64,000 bases of DNA, from NCBI RefSeq assembly GCF_003334815.1, contig NZ_QOWO01000001.1. One strand, given 5' to 3'. A model generated the notes under the pieces. The model worked only from the letters and a program-made list of their open reading frames with translations, was not told the DNA's origin and made no database searches. The stretch comes from Escherichia coli. GTDB taxonomy: Bacteria > Pseudomonadota > Gammaproteobacteria > Enterobacterales > Enterobacteriaceae. A program made the position numbers and the translations under genes. This document shows positions 22,004 to 35,539 of the stretch, in pieces (position 1 is the first letter of the stretch; the number at the start of each line of letters is the position of its first letter).

Positions 22004-22029
22004 AAAAAAAAGGTGCACATTTGTGCACC
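22004..22029 (-). terminator. Rho-independent terminator of the tdc operon (after tdcG)
   Basis: On the minus strand, stem ggtgcac / gtgcacc followed by eight U residues (A8 on the + strand at 22004-22011). Confidence 0.75.
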
Positions 22030-22053
22030 CAAGGATGAAAGCTGACAGCAATG

Positions 22054-23418
22054 TCAGCCGCAGACCACTTTAATGGCCAGTCCTCCGCGTGATGTTTCGC
22101 GGTATTTATCGTTCATATCTTTGCCGGTTTCATACATCGTCTCGATCACTTTATCGAGTGAAACACGCGGTGCCGAGGTGCGGCGCATCGCCATCCGCGC
22201 GGCGTTTACTGCTTTCACGGCATTAATGGCATTACGTTCAATGCACGGGATTTGTACCTGTCCGGCAACCGGATCGCAGGTCAGCCCAAGGTTATGCTCC
22301 ATCGCGATTTCCGCCGCATTGCATACCTGCGCCGGACTGCCGCCCAGTAGTTCAGTTAACCCTGCCGCCGCCATTGAACAGGCCACGCCAATCTCCCCCT
22401 GACAGCCGACTTCCGCGCCAGAGATGGAGGCGTTCATTTTATACAGCGCGCCAATAGCCCCCGCGGCCAGAAAATAGCGGGCAATTGACCGCTCGTTTAC
22501 CGGACGACGGAACTTATCGTAATAAGCCAGTACTGCCGGAATAATGCCGCACGCACCGTTAGTCGGTGCCGTTACCACGCGCCCGCCAGCTGCGTTTTCT
22601 TCACTAACCGCCAGCGCGTACATGTTGATCCAGTCGATGACATTCATCGGATCGTTAGAGATGTTATCGCTGGAAACCAGCTGACGACGCAGCGCTACGG
22701 CACGGCGCGGCACATTGAGCGGACCAGGCAGCACGCCTTCAGTGTTCATCCCACGTTCAATACCGTCATGCATCACTTGCCAGATACGGGCAAAACCGGC
22801 GTCAATTTCCGCTTTGCTGCGCAGCGCTAGCTCGTTGTGCATCATCAGACCAGATATAGACAGGCCGTTGTAATCACACATTTTCAGCAGTTCACCTGCT
22901 GAGTGGAAATCGTAAGGTACGGACGTTTCGACATCGTGCGACAGGCCGAAGTGTTCTTCTTCGACAATAAACCCGCCGCCGACAGAGTAATAGGTTTTAC
23001 TTAATAGCTCTTCCTGTCCCTTCCAGGCAGTGATCCGCATTCCGTTCTCATGGCGAGGCAACATTTCGGGATGGAAGATAATGTTCTTTGCTACAGGAAA
23101 ATCAACAATATGCGCACCAGATGCCACTGGCAGCCGCCCGCTGCGCGTTACTAACTCTATAAATGCAGGGATCTCATCAATGACAACATCCTGCGGACTG
23201 TTTCCTGCCAGTCCCATGATGATGGCGACATCCGTGGCATGGCCTTTGCCCGTCAGTGACAACGACCCGTACAGATCGACCACAATATGGCTCGTCGCGG
23301 TTAATAAGCCGCTACTTTCCAGCCGATCAATAAAACTTTTTCCGGCATTCATTGGCCCCACGGTATGCGAACTGGAGGGACCAATCCCAATTTTGAAAAT
23401 ATCGAATGCACTAATCAT
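22054..23418 (-). CDS. tdcG: L-serine dehydratase TdcG (454 aa from the ATG at 23418; a GTG two codons upstream at 23424 is an alternative)
   Basis: Fe-S L-serine dehydratase-like sequence; GAGGG Shine-Dalgarno upstream; last gene of the tdc operon. Confidence 0.9.
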   Translation of the reverse strand: MISAFDIFKIGIGPSSSHTVGPMNAGKSFIDRLESSGLLTATSHIVVDLYGSLSLTGKGHATDVAIIMGLAGNSPQDVVIDEIPAFIELVTRSGRLPVASGAHIVDFPVAKNIIFHPEMLPRHENGMRITAWKGQEELLSKTYYSVGGGFIVEEEHFGLSHDVETSVPYDFHSAGELLKMCDYNGLSISGLMMHNELALRSKAEIDAGFARIWQVMHDGIERGMNTEGVLPGPLNVPRRAVALRRQLVSSDNISNDPMNVIDWINMYALAVSEENAAGGRVVTAPTNGACGIIPAVLAYYDKFRRPVNERSIARYFLAAGAIGALYKMNASISGAEVGCQGEIGVACSMAAAGLTELLGGSPAQVCNAAEIAMEHNLGLTCDPVAGQVQIPCIERNAINAVKAVNAARMAMRRTSAPRVSLDKVIETMYETGKDMNDKYRETSRGGLAIKVVCG

Positions 23419-23489
23419 ATCCACACCCTCGGATTGCCGTTCAGTGAAGTGGAGCGGAACGACCTTACGACCGTCCCGCTCACGAGGCT

Positions 23490-23879
23490 TTACGCACTAC
23501 GTACTGCGATGGCTTCAATTTCCAGCTTCACATCTTTCGGCAAACGCGCGACCTGCACACAGCTCCGGGTCGGATAGGTCGCCTGATGCTCATCGAAGAA
23601 CTGCTTATAGACTTCGTTGATGGTGGCAAAATCATTCAGATCGGTGATAAACACGGTCATCTTGATGATATCGCCCACGCTCAGCCCGGCAGCAACCACG
23701 ATCGCTTTGACGTTTTCGAGGCTTAAACGCGCCTGATCTTGCACATCAGCCGGGATCTCACCGGTCTGTGGGCAAACCGGTATTTGCCCGGAGGTGAAGA
23801 CCATGCTGCCTAAATCAACGCCCTGAACATAAGGGCCGATTGCGCCTGGGGCACGTTGCGTTTCGATAATCTTTTTCAT
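23490..23879 (-). CDS. tdcF: RidA-family enamine/imine deaminase TdcF (129 aa)
   Basis: Internal ATG gives MKKIIETQRAPGAIGPYVQG, the recalled TdcF N-terminus. Confidence 0.9.
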   Translation of the reverse strand: MKKIIETQRAPGAIGPYVQGVDLGSMVFTSGQIPVCPQTGEIPADVQDQARLSLENVKAIVVAAGLSVGDIIKMTVFITDLNDFATINEVYKQFFDEHQATYPTRSCVQVARLPKDVKLEIEAIAVRSA

Positions 23880-23892
23880 ACATCCTCCGGCG

Positions 23893-26187
23893 TCAGAGCG
23901 CCTGGGTAAAGGTACGTGAAATAACATCCTGTTGCTGTTCACGGGTCAGTGCGTTGAAGCGCACGGCGTAGCCAGAGACACGGATTGTCAGGTTAGGATA
24001 TTTTTCCGGGTGCTCGATGGCATCCAGCAGCATTTCCCGATTCATTACGTTGACGTTGAGGTGTTGACCGCCTTCGACATCCGCTTCGTGGTGGAAATAC
24101 CCATCCAGCAGGCCGACAAGGTTGGTTTTACGTACTGGATCTTCTTTGCCCAGCGCCGCAGGAACGATTGAGAAGGTGTACGAGATCCCATCTTTGGCGT
24201 AGGTGAACGGCAGTTTCGCCACCGACGTCAATGAGGCCACGGCACCTTTGCGGTCACGACCATGCATCGGGTTAGCGCCCGGCGCGAACGGTGTTCCGGC
24301 GCGACGACCGTCCGGCGTATTACCGGTTTTCTGGCCGTACACCACGTTAGAAGTGATAGTCAGAATCGACTGGGTAGGGACGGCGTTGCGATAGGTTGGC
24401 AGCGCTTTAATTTTCTTCATAAAGCGTTCAACCAGGTCGCAGGCAATGCTGTCTACGCGCTCGTCGTTGTTGCCGTACTGCGGATATTCACCGTCGATTT
24501 CAAAGTCCACCGCCAGGCCGTTTTCGTCACGGATTGGTTTCACGCGGGCATATTTGATGGCAGACAGGGAGTCCGTCGCCACCGACAGGCCCGCGATGCC
24601 GCATGCCATAGTGCGATAGACATCACGATCGTGCAGCGCCATCAGCGAAGCTTCGTAGCTGTACTTGTCGTGCATGTAGTGAATGATATTCAGCGCGCTG
24701 ATGTACTGCACCGCCAGCCAGTCCATGAAGTGATCGAGGCTGTCCATCACTTTGTCGTAATCCAGCACGTCGTCCATCAGCGGTGCTGTTTTCGGCCCGA
24801 CCTGAATCTTCAGCTTCTCGTCCACCCCGCCGTTAATTGCGTAGAGCAGCGTTTTCGCCAGGTTAGCGCGTGCACCAAAGAACTGCATTTGCTTACCAAT
24901 CACCATTGGGCTGACGCAGCAGGCAATCGCGTAATCGTCGCTGTTGAAGTCAGTACGCATCAGATCGTCATTTTCATACTGCAAGGAAGAGGTGACGATC
25001 GACACCTGCGCGGCATATTTTTTGAAGGCAATCGGTAATTCTTCCGACCAAAGAATGGTCAGGTTAGGTTCCGGTGCCGGCCCCATAGTGTGCAGGGTGT
25101 GCAAATAGCGGAAGGAGTTTTTGGTCACCAGCGTACGACCGTCCAGCCCCATCCCGCCGATCACTTCCGTCGCCCAGATTGGGTCGCCGGAGAACAGCGA
25201 ATCAAATTCCGGTGTACGCAGGAAGCGTACCATACGGATCTTCATGATGAAGTGATCGATCAGTTCCTGTGCCTGCTGCTCATTGAGTACGCCAGCTTTA
25301 AAGTCGCGCTCAATGTAGATATCGAGGAACGATGCCGTGCGGCCCAGCGACATCGCGCCGCCATTTTGCGATTTCACTGCCGCCAGATAAGCGAAGTAGA
25401 GCCACTGCACCGCTTCCTGCGCATTCTGCGCCGGGCGAGAGATATCAAAGCCATATTTCGCCGCCATTTCCTGAATCTGCAACAGCGCATGACGATGCTC
25501 TGCCAGCTCCTCACGCAGACGGATGGTGGCTTCCAGATCCTCGCCTTTTTCCAGACGAGACTGGAGATCGGCAAATTGCAGTTCGCGTTCACGTACCAGA
25601 TAACTGATGCCATACAGCGCTACGCGGCGATAGTCACCGATAATGCGCCCACGGCCATAGCCATCTGGTAAACCGGTCAGCACGCCAGATTTACGGCAGC
25701 GCAGCATATCCGGTGAGTAAACATCAAATACGCCCTGGTTATGGGTTTTACGCAGATCGGTAAACAGATATTCAAATTCACTGTCCATTTCTCGGCCATA
25801 GGCGTGGAATGAACTTTTAATCATATTAATGCCACCGAACGGGTGTAGCGCACGTTTCAACGGCGCATCCGTTTGCAGGCCAACAATTTTTTCCAGCGGC
25901 TGGTTAATATATCCCGCATCATGAGCGGTAATTGTGGTGGCAATATTGGTATCGAAATCAACCGGCGCGTGGGTTGCATTTTCGATACGGATGCCTTCCA
26001 TTACTTTTTCCCACAATTCCGTGGTGGCAGGCGTCGCTTCGGCGAGGAAAGATTCATCGCCTTCATACGGTGTATAGTTATGTTGAATAAAATCGCGGAC
26101 ATTAATTTCGTTTTTCCAGTCCGTACCTTTAAAGCCAAGCCATGCGTCGGCGTACAGCTTATCGCTGGTATCAATATCTACCTTCAT
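23893..26187 (-). CDS. tdcE: 2-ketobutyrate/pyruvate formate-lyase TdcE (764 aa)
   Basis: Glycyl-radical enzyme sequence with the C-terminal RVSGY motif (IRVSGYAV). Confidence 0.95.
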   Translation of the reverse strand: MKVDIDTSDKLYADAWLGFKGTDWKNEINVRDFIQHNYTPYEGDESFLAEATPATTELWEKVMEGIRIENATHAPVDFDTNIATTITAHDAGYINQPLEKIVGLQTDAPLKRALHPFGGINMIKSSFHAYGREMDSEFEYLFTDLRKTHNQGVFDVYSPDMLRCRKSGVLTGLPDGYGRGRIIGDYRRVALYGISYLVRERELQFADLQSRLEKGEDLEATIRLREELAEHRHALLQIQEMAAKYGFDISRPAQNAQEAVQWLYFAYLAAVKSQNGGAMSLGRTASFLDIYIERDFKAGVLNEQQAQELIDHFIMKIRMVRFLRTPEFDSLFSGDPIWATEVIGGMGLDGRTLVTKNSFRYLHTLHTMGPAPEPNLTILWSEELPIAFKKYAAQVSIVTSSLQYENDDLMRTDFNSDDYAIACCVSPMVIGKQMQFFGARANLAKTLLYAINGGVDEKLKIQVGPKTAPLMDDVLDYDKVMDSLDHFMDWLAVQYISALNIIHYMHDKYSYEASLMALHDRDVYRTMACGIAGLSVATDSLSAIKYARVKPIRDENGLAVDFEIDGEYPQYGNNDERVDSIACDLVERFMKKIKALPTYRNAVPTQSILTITSNVVYGQKTGNTPDGRRAGTPFAPGANPMHGRDRKGAVASLTSVAKLPFTYAKDGISYTFSIVPAALGKEDPVRKTNLVGLLDGYFHHEADVEGGQHLNVNVMNREMLLDAIEHPEKYPNLTIRVSGYAVRFNALTREQQQDVISRTFTQAL

Positions 26188-26220
26188 GAAAAATAATCTC
26201 TCTACAATACTTCAACTAAA

Positions 26221-27429
26221 TTATGCAAATTCTGCGGGCGCGTTAACTTTGCCTAAATGAATGGCATCCAAAGCAATCATTTTTTCTTCGTTAGTCGGAA
26301 TAACGGCACAAATGACACGCGCATTTTCACTGGAAACAATTCGCTCACCACAGGAGTTAGAGCGATTATTCATTTCTGTATCAATCTCTAAGCCTAATAC
26401 AGCCAAATGTTCCATGACCAGACGACGAATTAAGCTTGAATTCTCTCCTATTCCGCCGGTGAATATAATTCCATCCAGGCGACGTAATGAAGCTGCGTGT
26501 CCGGCAATATGACGGGCAATTCGGTGAACAAAGGTTTTAATTGCCAGTTGCGCGCGTTCGTGACCTTCATGCCAGGCTTTTTCCAGAACACGTAAATCCG
26601 AAGAAAGACCGGAAATACCTAATAATCCCGACTCTTTATTCACTACGCGTTCCAGGTCACCCAGGCTCTGGTTGGTTTGGCTGGCGACCCAGGACATCGC
26701 ACCAAAGTCGACATCGCCACTGCGGGTACCCATCATCAAGCCTTCCAGCGGCGTCATTCCCATTGAGGTATCAACACTCTGACCGTTGCGAACCGCGCAG
26801 ATTGACGCGCCATTGCCAAGATGCGCCACAACCAGGCCGGAGTCATCTTCCGCCAGATTCAGCAGCGAATGTGCGCGCTGGGAAACATAGCGGTGCGACG
26901 TGCCGTGGAAACCATAACGGCGTACACCTAACTCTTCATAATATTTCCACGGCAGGCCGTATAAATAAGCTTCCGGAGCCATCGTCTGGTGGAAACTGGT
27001 ATCAAATACCGCCACCTGAGTTACGCCCGGAAATAATTGCTGCGCCGATTCAATACCACTTAAATTGGCGTAATTATGCAGGGGTGCCAGTGGAGAAACG
27101 CGACGGATATTATCAATGACTTCATCGGTAATAATGGCGGACTCGGTAAAAATACTGCCGCCGTGAGCGATGCGGTGGCCAATTAAGGCCACACTGTCAT
27201 TTAAATTCCGTTTTTCCAGTTCAAATGCAATTGCCTTCAATGCACCTTCGTAGCTGTGGTGAGCCAGCGGTGCTGGCTCTCCCCCATTTACGGATAAGAA
27301 TGCATTTTCCGAGTTAATACCGTCGGCAATACCTGACATTAATACTTCACAGTCGCTGGCATCGAGCACGGAAAACTTAATCGAAGACGAACCACAGTTA
27401 ATAACCAAAACAACCGGAAATTCATTCAT
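26221..27429 (-). CDS. tdcD: Propionate/acetate kinase TdcD (402 aa)
   Basis: Internal ATG at 27429 gives [19 protein letters not shown], an acetate-kinase-family N-terminus. Confidence 0.9.
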
Positions 27430-27454
27430 CTCTTTTCTCATCCTGAGTTACGGA

Positions 27455-28789
<1,335 letters not shown>

Positions 28790-28807
28790 CTATCCTCAAC
28801 GAATTAA

Positions 28808-29797
28808 TTAAGCGTCAACGAAACCGGTGATTTGAGAGACGCGAGAAAGATCGATATTGCCGCCGGAAATAATACTGACGGTTTTTCTGTTTTGAATATA
28901 TTGGTCTAATTTACCGCTTAATAATGCAGCACATGCCAGAGCGCCTGCGCCTTCGGTGACGACTTTATTGCGCTGAATTAAGGCAATCATACTGTTTCTG
29001 ATTTCGTCTTCGCTGACCAGCACGATGTCATCGACTAATTCACGAACGATTTCGTAAGTTAAATTACCCGGGCGGGAGACATCACAACCATCCGCCAGGG
29101 TGCCGGTAGTTCGGTGCGTGGTTATTTCTCCGGAGTGGAAAGAAGCCGCCATGCCGTGAACGTTTTCAGACTGTACGCCAATAACACGAATGGTCGGGTT
29201 AATAGATTTAATTGCCACCGCAATACCAGCAATTAAACCGCCACCACCAATTGGCACAATCACGTTATCGACATCATAGAGATCTTCCATAATTTCCAGA
29301 CCAATCGTTCCCTGGCCAGCAATCACTTTCGGATCATCGTAAGGTGGGATAAAAATACGGCCTTCCATTTCGACAATTTCGCTCACTTTAGCGATAGTGT
29401 CGTTGAAGTTATCACCATGCAGAACGACTTCTGCGGAGTAGTCGCACGTTGCCGCTACTTTGGATTTTGGCGCACCTTTTGGCATCACCACTTTACCGTC
29501 GATACCCAGCATCGCGCAGGAGAGGGAAACCCCTTGCGCATGGTTGCCCGCAGAACAGGCCACCACGCCTTTGCGTTTTTCCGCATCGGTCAGTGAACTT
29601 AATTTATTAAATGCGCCACGAATTTTAAATGAACCCGTACGCTGCATATTTTCAAACTTCAGGAATATTTCACCTTTGCAACGTTCACTAAAATAGTTGG
29701 AGCGAGGCATGCCTGTTTTATAAATTCGCCCAGCCAGTCGTTGTTTCGCTTCAATAATGTCATCAATAGCAACCGGCAGATCGTATGTAATATGCAT
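28808..29797 (-). CDS. tdcB: Catabolic threonine dehydratase TdcB (PLP-dependent, 329 aa)
   Basis: PLP-binding lysine motif region (SFKIRGA). Confidence 0.95.
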
Positions 29798-29895
29798 TAT
29801 AAAACCTCTTCGCCTGAATTAAATATGTAGGTAACCGTAACCGACACCTGCAAGACAGACAGGTGGATTATTTATGTTTAAATAAAAACAAATAA

Positions 29896-30834
29896 CTAAC
29901 CAACTTCTATTAATTGCCTTCGTCTACACCCATTATAAGATGAATACTCTTTGGCTAATTCCACCAAAACCGATGCTGCTTTTTTAATACGATAATTTTT
30001 CGACCATACCGCGGCATATTGTGCCACAGGTAATGTTTCTTCAACCGGAATAGTAATAAATTGATTAGAACCAAAAGGTGACGTCATATCACAAGGAATT
30101 ACAGTTAAGAAATCAGCATTGAGAACAAGATTATAAATTGTCACGACTGAGTCGGTTTTAACGATGTTTTCAATACTGATGCCATTTCTTTGTAACGTAG
30201 TAAGCAGTTCGCTGTAGTACCCCATATTAGTTTGTGGCAACACCCACTGTTCGTTCTTCAACGACTCCAGCGTGGTGGTGCCGGTGCATGTTCGGGACTT
30301 ACTGGCTACCAGCACAAACTCGGACTCGAACAGCGGCTCAACATGTAAATCCTGAAGCTTCATTTCTGCACTTAACGTACCAATCGCAAAATCCAGTCGA
30401 CCGTCGCGGATTGCCGGTAAGAACGAAGACAGTTGCGCTTCATACATAGAAACCTGCGCTTTCGGGAACACCTCTTTGAACTTGTTGATCATCCCTGACA
30501 TAAAAGTAAAACCAATCAATGAAGGAAAACCAAATGAGACTTCCACCACCGCCTCAGAAGACATACCGCTTATCTCATTAACCATATTTTTCATTTCACG
30601 GGTAATGGATTCGGAACGGGAGAGTAACAATTGACCGGCAGGTGTTAATGTTACACCGGTATTTTTCCGCACCACTAATTCCACACCAAAATAATCTTCA
30701 ATATCGTTAATGATTTTACTGACGGCCGGTTGAGTTAACCCTAATTCTTTTGCAGCCGAGCCGATAGAACCACTTCTAATGACTTCCTGAAAGACTACCA
30801 GGTGCTGCGTTTTCGGAAGAAGAATAGTGCTCAT
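29896..30834 (-). CDS. tdcA: LysR-family activator TdcA (312 aa)
   Basis: N-terminal helix-turn-helix; first gene of the tdc operon. Confidence 0.9.
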   Translation of the reverse strand: MSTILLPKTQHLVVFQEVIRSGSIGSAAKELGLTQPAVSKIINDIEDYFGVELVVRKNTGVTLTPAGQLLLSRSESITREMKNMVNEISGMSSEAVVEVSFGFPSLIGFTFMSGMINKFKEVFPKAQVSMYEAQLSSFLPAIRDGRLDFAIGTLSAEMKLQDLHVEPLFESEFVLVASKSRTCTGTTTLESLKNEQWVLPQTNMGYYSELLTTLQRNGISIENIVKTDSVVTIYNLVLNADFLTVIPCDMTSPFGSNQFITIPVEETLPVAQYAAVWSKNYRIKKAASVLVELAKEYSSYNGCRRRQLIEVG

Positions 30835-30897
30835 AACGACCTACGTTAATTACCTCATTGACGGCATGAAGTGTATCAAAATGAAATGAACAGGATA

Positions 30898-30913
30898 TGT
30901 GCGACCACTCACA
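30898..30913. promoter_or_regulatory. Putative CRP binding site in the tdc promoter region
   Basis: TGTGCgaccacTCACA matches the TGTGA-N6-TCACA consensus; lies about 70 bp upstream of the tdcA start. Confidence 0.45.
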
Positions 30914-31148
30914 AATTAACTTTCAATACTTTCCAGAGTATCGTTATTACAATTAAATACCTTTAAATATCAACAAGTTAAAGTATAAAAATCAGCATAA
31001 ACCCTGATTTTTGTCAAAAAAAATGACGGGGATAACCATATTTTATGGCGATAACATCATTCGTTATGTGGTTAATACAAAAAAGGGGCTGAGACCATAT
31101 TTCAAGCAATTACCGGATAATTACCAGGCAAAATTTGAGTTAAATTTA

Positions 31149-31367
31149 ATGAGCAAGTTCTCAAATTTTATTATAAATAAACCATTTTCAGTGATAAATA
31201 ATGCGGCATGTCACATTTTTTCACGCTATTTGTTGGAGAACAAACATTTATTTTATCAATATTTTAAAATTTCGAATACATGTATTGATCATCTCGAACA
31301 ATTGATTAACGTCAACTTTTTCTCTTCTGACAGGACGTCATTTTGTGAATGCAATCGTTTTCCATAA
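31149..31367 (+). CDS. tdcR: Small regulatory protein TdcR (72 aa)
   Basis: Internal ATG at 31149 gives the 72-aa product recalled for TdcR; low-GC sequence; divergent from tdcA. Confidence 0.6.
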   Translation: MSKFSNFIINKPFSVINNAACHIFSRYLLENKHLFYQYFKISNTCIDHLEQLINVNFFSSDRTSFCECNRFP

Positions 31368-31622
31368 ATTCTTCTCCCCTCATAGGCGACGAATAGCATT
31401 TTGTGTTGAGGATCACAAAACGAATAATTGCTGATCGCCGCGATAAGGTCAGACAAAGACAACAAGGGAAATTTTCACAGAGCTTTTGATCGGCGTAGGC
31501 CACAGAATGTTGCTTCGTTTACTGTAACGCCGGGTAAATGAGCGTTTTTTGATAGTGCGAAAGAACCCTGCGAGGAAAATAAGCATCTATTATTGTTTGT
31601 CATGATGACAAGGCAGGCATCA

Positions 31623-32162
31623 ATGAAAGGCTTCCCAATTGCGCATATTTTTCACCCTTCAATCCCGCCAATGCACGCAGTGGTTAACAATCACAATAGA
31701 AATATTGATTATTGGACGGTAAAAAGAAAGTTTGCAGAAATTGTCTCCACCAATGACGTTAATAAAATTTACAGTATAAGTAATGAACTGCGGAGAGTAT
31801 TATCTGCAATAACTGCATTGAATTTCTATCATGGCGATGTTCCTTCTGTCATGATCCGAATCCAACCGGAAAATATGAGTCCATTCATTATAGATATTTC
31901 TACAGGAGAACATGATGATTATATCATACAAACATTAGATGTAGGCACTTTTGCACCTTTTGGTGAACAATGTACTTGCTCAGCCGTCAATAAAAAAGAG
32001 CTGGAATGTATTAAGGAGACGATTTCTAAGTATTGTGCAAAATTCACCCGAAAAGAAGCCATCTTAACCCCCCTTGTGCACTTTAATAAAACCAGCATTA
32101 CTTCAGATTGTTGGCAAATTCTCTTTTTTTCACCCGATCATTTTAATAATGATTTTTATTGA
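31623..32162 (+). CDS. yhaB: Uncharacterised protein YhaB (179 aa)
   Basis: ATG at 31623; low-GC ORF; position matches K-12 yhaB. Confidence 0.6.
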   Translation: MKGFPIAHIFHPSIPPMHAVVNNHNRNIDYWTVKRKFAEIVSTNDVNKIYSISNELRRVLSAITALNFYHGDVPSVMIRIQPENMSPFIIDISTGEHDDYIIQTLDVGTFAPFGEQCTCSAVNKKELECIKETISKYCAKFTRKEAILTPLVHFNKTSITSDCWQILFFSPDHFNNDFY

Positions 32163-32183
32163 TTATTTATAAAGGATAAAATA

Positions 32184-33371
32184 ATGTTCCCTGTTTCATC
32201 AATTGGTAATGATATTAGTAGTGATTTAGTCCGTCGAAAAATGAATGACCTTCCTGAAAGCCCAACAGGAAATAACCTCGAAGCACTAGCACCAGGTATA
32301 GAAAAACTAAAACAGACCTCTATTGAAATGGTCACTTTACTTAACACGTTACAACCTGGTGGAAAATGCATTATCACTGGTGATTTTCAAAAAGAATTAG
32401 CGTACTTACAAAATGTAATTCTTTATAATGTCTCGTCTCTTCGTCTGGATTTTTTAGGTTATAACGCCCAAATTATTCAACGATCGGACAATACTTGTGA
32501 ACTTACCATTAATGAACCGTTAAAAAACCAGGAAATATCCACAGGTAATATCAATATTAATTGCCCATTAAAAGATATTTACAATGAAATCAGGAGGTTA
32601 AACGTAATTTTTAGTTGTGGGACTGGAGATATCGTTGATCTATCCTCTCTGGACTTACGTAATGTCGATTTAGATTATTATGATTTCACAGATAAACATA
32701 TGGCTAATACTATTTTAAATCCTTTTAAATTGAATTCAACAAATTTTACTAATGCCAACATGTTTCAGGTTAATTTTGTTAGTTCAACACAAAACGCCAC
32801 AATCTCCTGGGATTATTTACTAAAAATAACGCCTGTTTTAATAAGCATTAGCGATATGTATTCTGAAGAAAAAATCAAGTTTGTCGAAAGTTGTTTAAAT
32901 GAGCCTGGAGACATTACCGAAGAACAATTAAAAATTATGAGATTTGCAATTATAAAATCTATACCAAGGGCAACTCTTACAGATAAATTAGAAAATGAAT
33001 TAACAAAAGAAATATATAAAAGCTCATCGAAAATCATCAATTGCTTGAACAGAATTAAATTACCAGAGATGAAAGAATTCTCATCAGAAAAAATATATGA
33101 TTACATCGATATAATCATTGAAGATTATGAAAATATCAAAGAAAATGCTTATCTGGTCGTCCCCCAAATTAATTATACTATGGATTTAAACATAGAAGAC
33201 TCTAGCTCAGAAGAGTTACTTTCAGATAATACCCTCGAGAAAGACGAAAATTCTCCGGACAATGGCTTTGAGGTCGGGGAATATAACACATATGAAGCAT
33301 ATAACTCAGAGAAGCAATATTTTACCAGAGAGGACTATACGTATGATTACGACCTTTTAAATGCAATATAG
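32184..33371 (+). CDS. yhaC: Uncharacterised protein YhaC (395 aa)
   Basis: ATG at 32184 with an AAAGGA Shine-Dalgarno; strongly AT-rich; central pentapeptide-like repeats and an acidic Y/D/E-rich C-terminus. Confidence 0.65.
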   Translation: MFPVSSIGNDISSDLVRRKMNDLPESPTGNNLEALAPGIEKLKQTSIEMVTLLNTLQPGGKCIITGDFQKELAYLQNVILYNVSSLRLDFLGYNAQIIQRSDNTCELTINEPLKNQEISTGNININCPLKDIYNEIRRLNVIFSCGTGDIVDLSSLDLRNVDLDYYDFTDKHMANTILNPFKLNSTNFTNANMFQVNFVSSTQNATISWDYLLKITPVLISISDMYSEEKIKFVESCLNEPGDITEEQLKIMRFAIIKSIPRATLTDKLENELTKEIYKSSSKIINCLNRIKLPEMKEFSSEKIYDYIDIIIEDYENIKENAYLVVPQINYTMDLNIEDSSSEELLSDNTLEKDENSPDNGFEVGEYNTYEAYNSEKQYFTREDYTYDYDLLNAI

Positions 33372-33490
33372 ACTTAATAACTTCTTACAAAGTCTATTAT
33401 TAATACCGTAGATATTTATTCATCTTACCCTGTGCACCAAAAGCAAAAACTCACTGACGCGGGTTTGAAACTGATGGCAACCGCAAAAAT

Positions 33491-33589
33491 GCCTGATGCG
33501 CTACGCTTATCAGGCCTACGCCATCTCTGCAATATATTGAATTTGCGTGCTTTTGTAGGCAGGATAAGGCGTTCACGCCGCATCCGGCA
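33491..33589. repeat. REP cluster (two inverted REP elements)
   Basis: gcctgatgcgctacgcttatcaggcctac and its inverted partner gtaggcaggataaggcgttcacgccgcatccggca. Confidence 0.7.
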
Positions 33590-33616
33590 TGAATAAAGCG
33601 CACTCAACAATCTGAA

Positions 33617-33984
33617 ACCCGCCGGAACGGTTTATTACGTACATCAGGTAAAACTGACCGATAAGCCGCTTTCTTTTGGGTATAGTGTCGTGGACAGTCA
33701 TTCATCTTTCTGCCCCTCCAAAAGTAAAAACCCGCCGAAGCGGGTTTTTACGTAAAACAGGTGAAACTGACCGATAAGCCGCTTTCTTTTGGGTATAGTG
33801 TCGTGGACAGTCATTCATCTTTCTGCCCCTCCAAAAGCAAAAACCCGCCGAAGCGGGTTTTTACGTAAACCAGGTGAAACTGACCGATAAGCCGCTTTCT
33901 TTTGGGTATAGCGTCGTGGACAGTCATTCATCTTTCTGCCCCTCCAAAAGCAAAAACCCGCCGAAGCGGGTTTTTACGTAAATC
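33617..33984 (-). repeat. 113-bp tandem repeats downstream of rnpB (three full copies plus a degenerate partial), each carrying a terminator hairpin
   Basis: Repeat units begin at 33645, 33758 and 33871 (exact 113-bp period); each contains aaaaacccgccgaagcgggttttt and a copy of the last ~40 nt of rnpB. Confidence 0.85.
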
Positions 33985-34361
<377 letters not shown>

Positions 34362-34368
34362 GGCGCGC

Positions 34369-34398
34369 AGTATAGAGGGTTTGCGCGCCCTTGTCACC
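34369..34398 (-). promoter_or_regulatory. rnpB sigma-70 promoter
   Basis: On the minus strand, TATACT at -8 to -13 and GTGACA at -32 to -37 relative to the M1 RNA 5' end, with 17-nt spacing. Confidence 0.6.
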
Positions 34399-35539
34399 CC
34401 GCGTTGCGCATTCCAATCGCCAGTGTCGCGGCGATATTACGTGAAGCACGGCAGATATTGTCATAAGCCCCGCGGAATGCTTCGTCCAACGTACCTATGC
34501 TGGTCAATACGCTGAAGACCGCATCAATGCCATGCTGATGTACAACGCCAACATCATCGGTCAGGCTACCCGCAATGCCAATCACCGGTTTATGGTACTT
34601 CTTCGCCACGTTTGCGACACCAATCGGTACCTTCCCGTGAATACTCTGGCTGTCAATACGCCCTTCACCGGTGATCACCAGCGTACAATCGTGAATATGT
34701 TCCTCCAGATTCAGCGCCGTAGTGACGATTTCAATACCACTTTTCAGTTCCGCACCAAGAAACGCCATTAGCGCCGCGCCCATACCACCCGCAGCTCCTG
34801 CACCGGGGACATCTTTCACATCAACATGCAGCGCTTTTTTAATGACCTCGGCATAGTGAGAGAGGTTATTGTCCAGCTCAACAATCATCGCTTCACTGGC
34901 TCCCTTTTGTGGGCCAAAGATGCGCGATGCGCCGTTATCGCCCACCAGCGGATTGGTGACATCACAAGCGACGCGAATGACGCAATCTTTTAAGCGCGGA
35001 TCGAGGCCGGAAATATCAATATCATTCAGAGTATTAAGACTACCGCCGCCAAAACCAATTTCATTGCCGTTGGCGTCGCATAATTTCGCCCCCAGCGCCT
35101 GTACCATGCCTGCGCCGCCATCATTTGTAGCGCTGCCGCCAATGCCGATAATAATGTTTGTCGCACCGCTCTCCAGCGCCTGCAGGATTAACTCGCCTGT
35201 GCCGCGTGAAGTGGTCACGAGTGGATCGCGTTTTTCCGCAGGTACCAGCTCCAGCCCACTGGCCGCCGCCATTTCAATAAACGCGGTTTTGCCATCGCCG
35301 GAGATCCCCCAACTGGCATTCACTTTCTCGCCCAGCGGCCCTGTAACCCAGGCGTGACGTTCAGCCCCCTGGGTGGCTGCAATCATCGCTTCCACCGTTC
35401 CTTCGCCACCGTCGGCAACCGGAACAGAAACGTACTGTGCATCAGGAAAAATTTCCCGAAATCCTTTTTCTATCGCCTGCGCAACCTCGCTGGCAGATAA
35501 ACTTTCTTTATAAGAGTCTGGGGCGATTACGATTTTCAT
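34394..35539 (-). CDS. garK: Glycerate 2-kinase GarK (381 aa)
   Basis: Internal ATG at 35539 gives MKIVIAPDSYKESL, a glycerate kinase N-terminus. Confidence 0.9.
   Translation of the reverse strand: MKIVIAPDSYKESLSASEVAQAIEKGFREIFPDAQYVSVPVADGGEGTVEAMIAATQGAERHAWVTGPLGEKVNASWGISGDGKTAFIEMAAASGLELVPAEKRDPLVTTSRGTGELILQALESGATNIIIGIGGSATNDGGAGMVQALGAKLCDANGNEIGFGGGSLNTLNDIDISGLDPRLKDCVIRVACDVTNPLVGDNGASRIFGPQKGASEAMIVELDNNLSHYAEVIKKALHVDVKDVPGAGAAGGMGAALMAFLGAELKSGIEIVTTALNLEEHIHDCTLVITGEGRIDSQSIHGKVPIGVANVAKKYHKPVIGIAGSLTDDVGVVHQHGIDAVFSVLTSIGTLDEAFRGAYDNICRASRNIAATLAIGMRNAG

Noticed and set aside
31011-31367. A 118-aa reading for tdcR from the first ATG of the ORF
   Set aside because: The internal ATG at 31149 gives the 72-aa product consistent with the recalled TdcR; the upstream extension is in very AT-rich promoter DNA without a convincing ribosome-binding site.
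33617-33984. Regularly spaced direct repeats that could be mistaken for a CRISPR array
   Set aside because: The period is 113 bp with the whole unit repeated and no unique spacers, there are no cas genes nearby, and the repeats duplicate the 3' end of rnpB with terminator hairpins; this is the rnpB 3' tandem repeat array.
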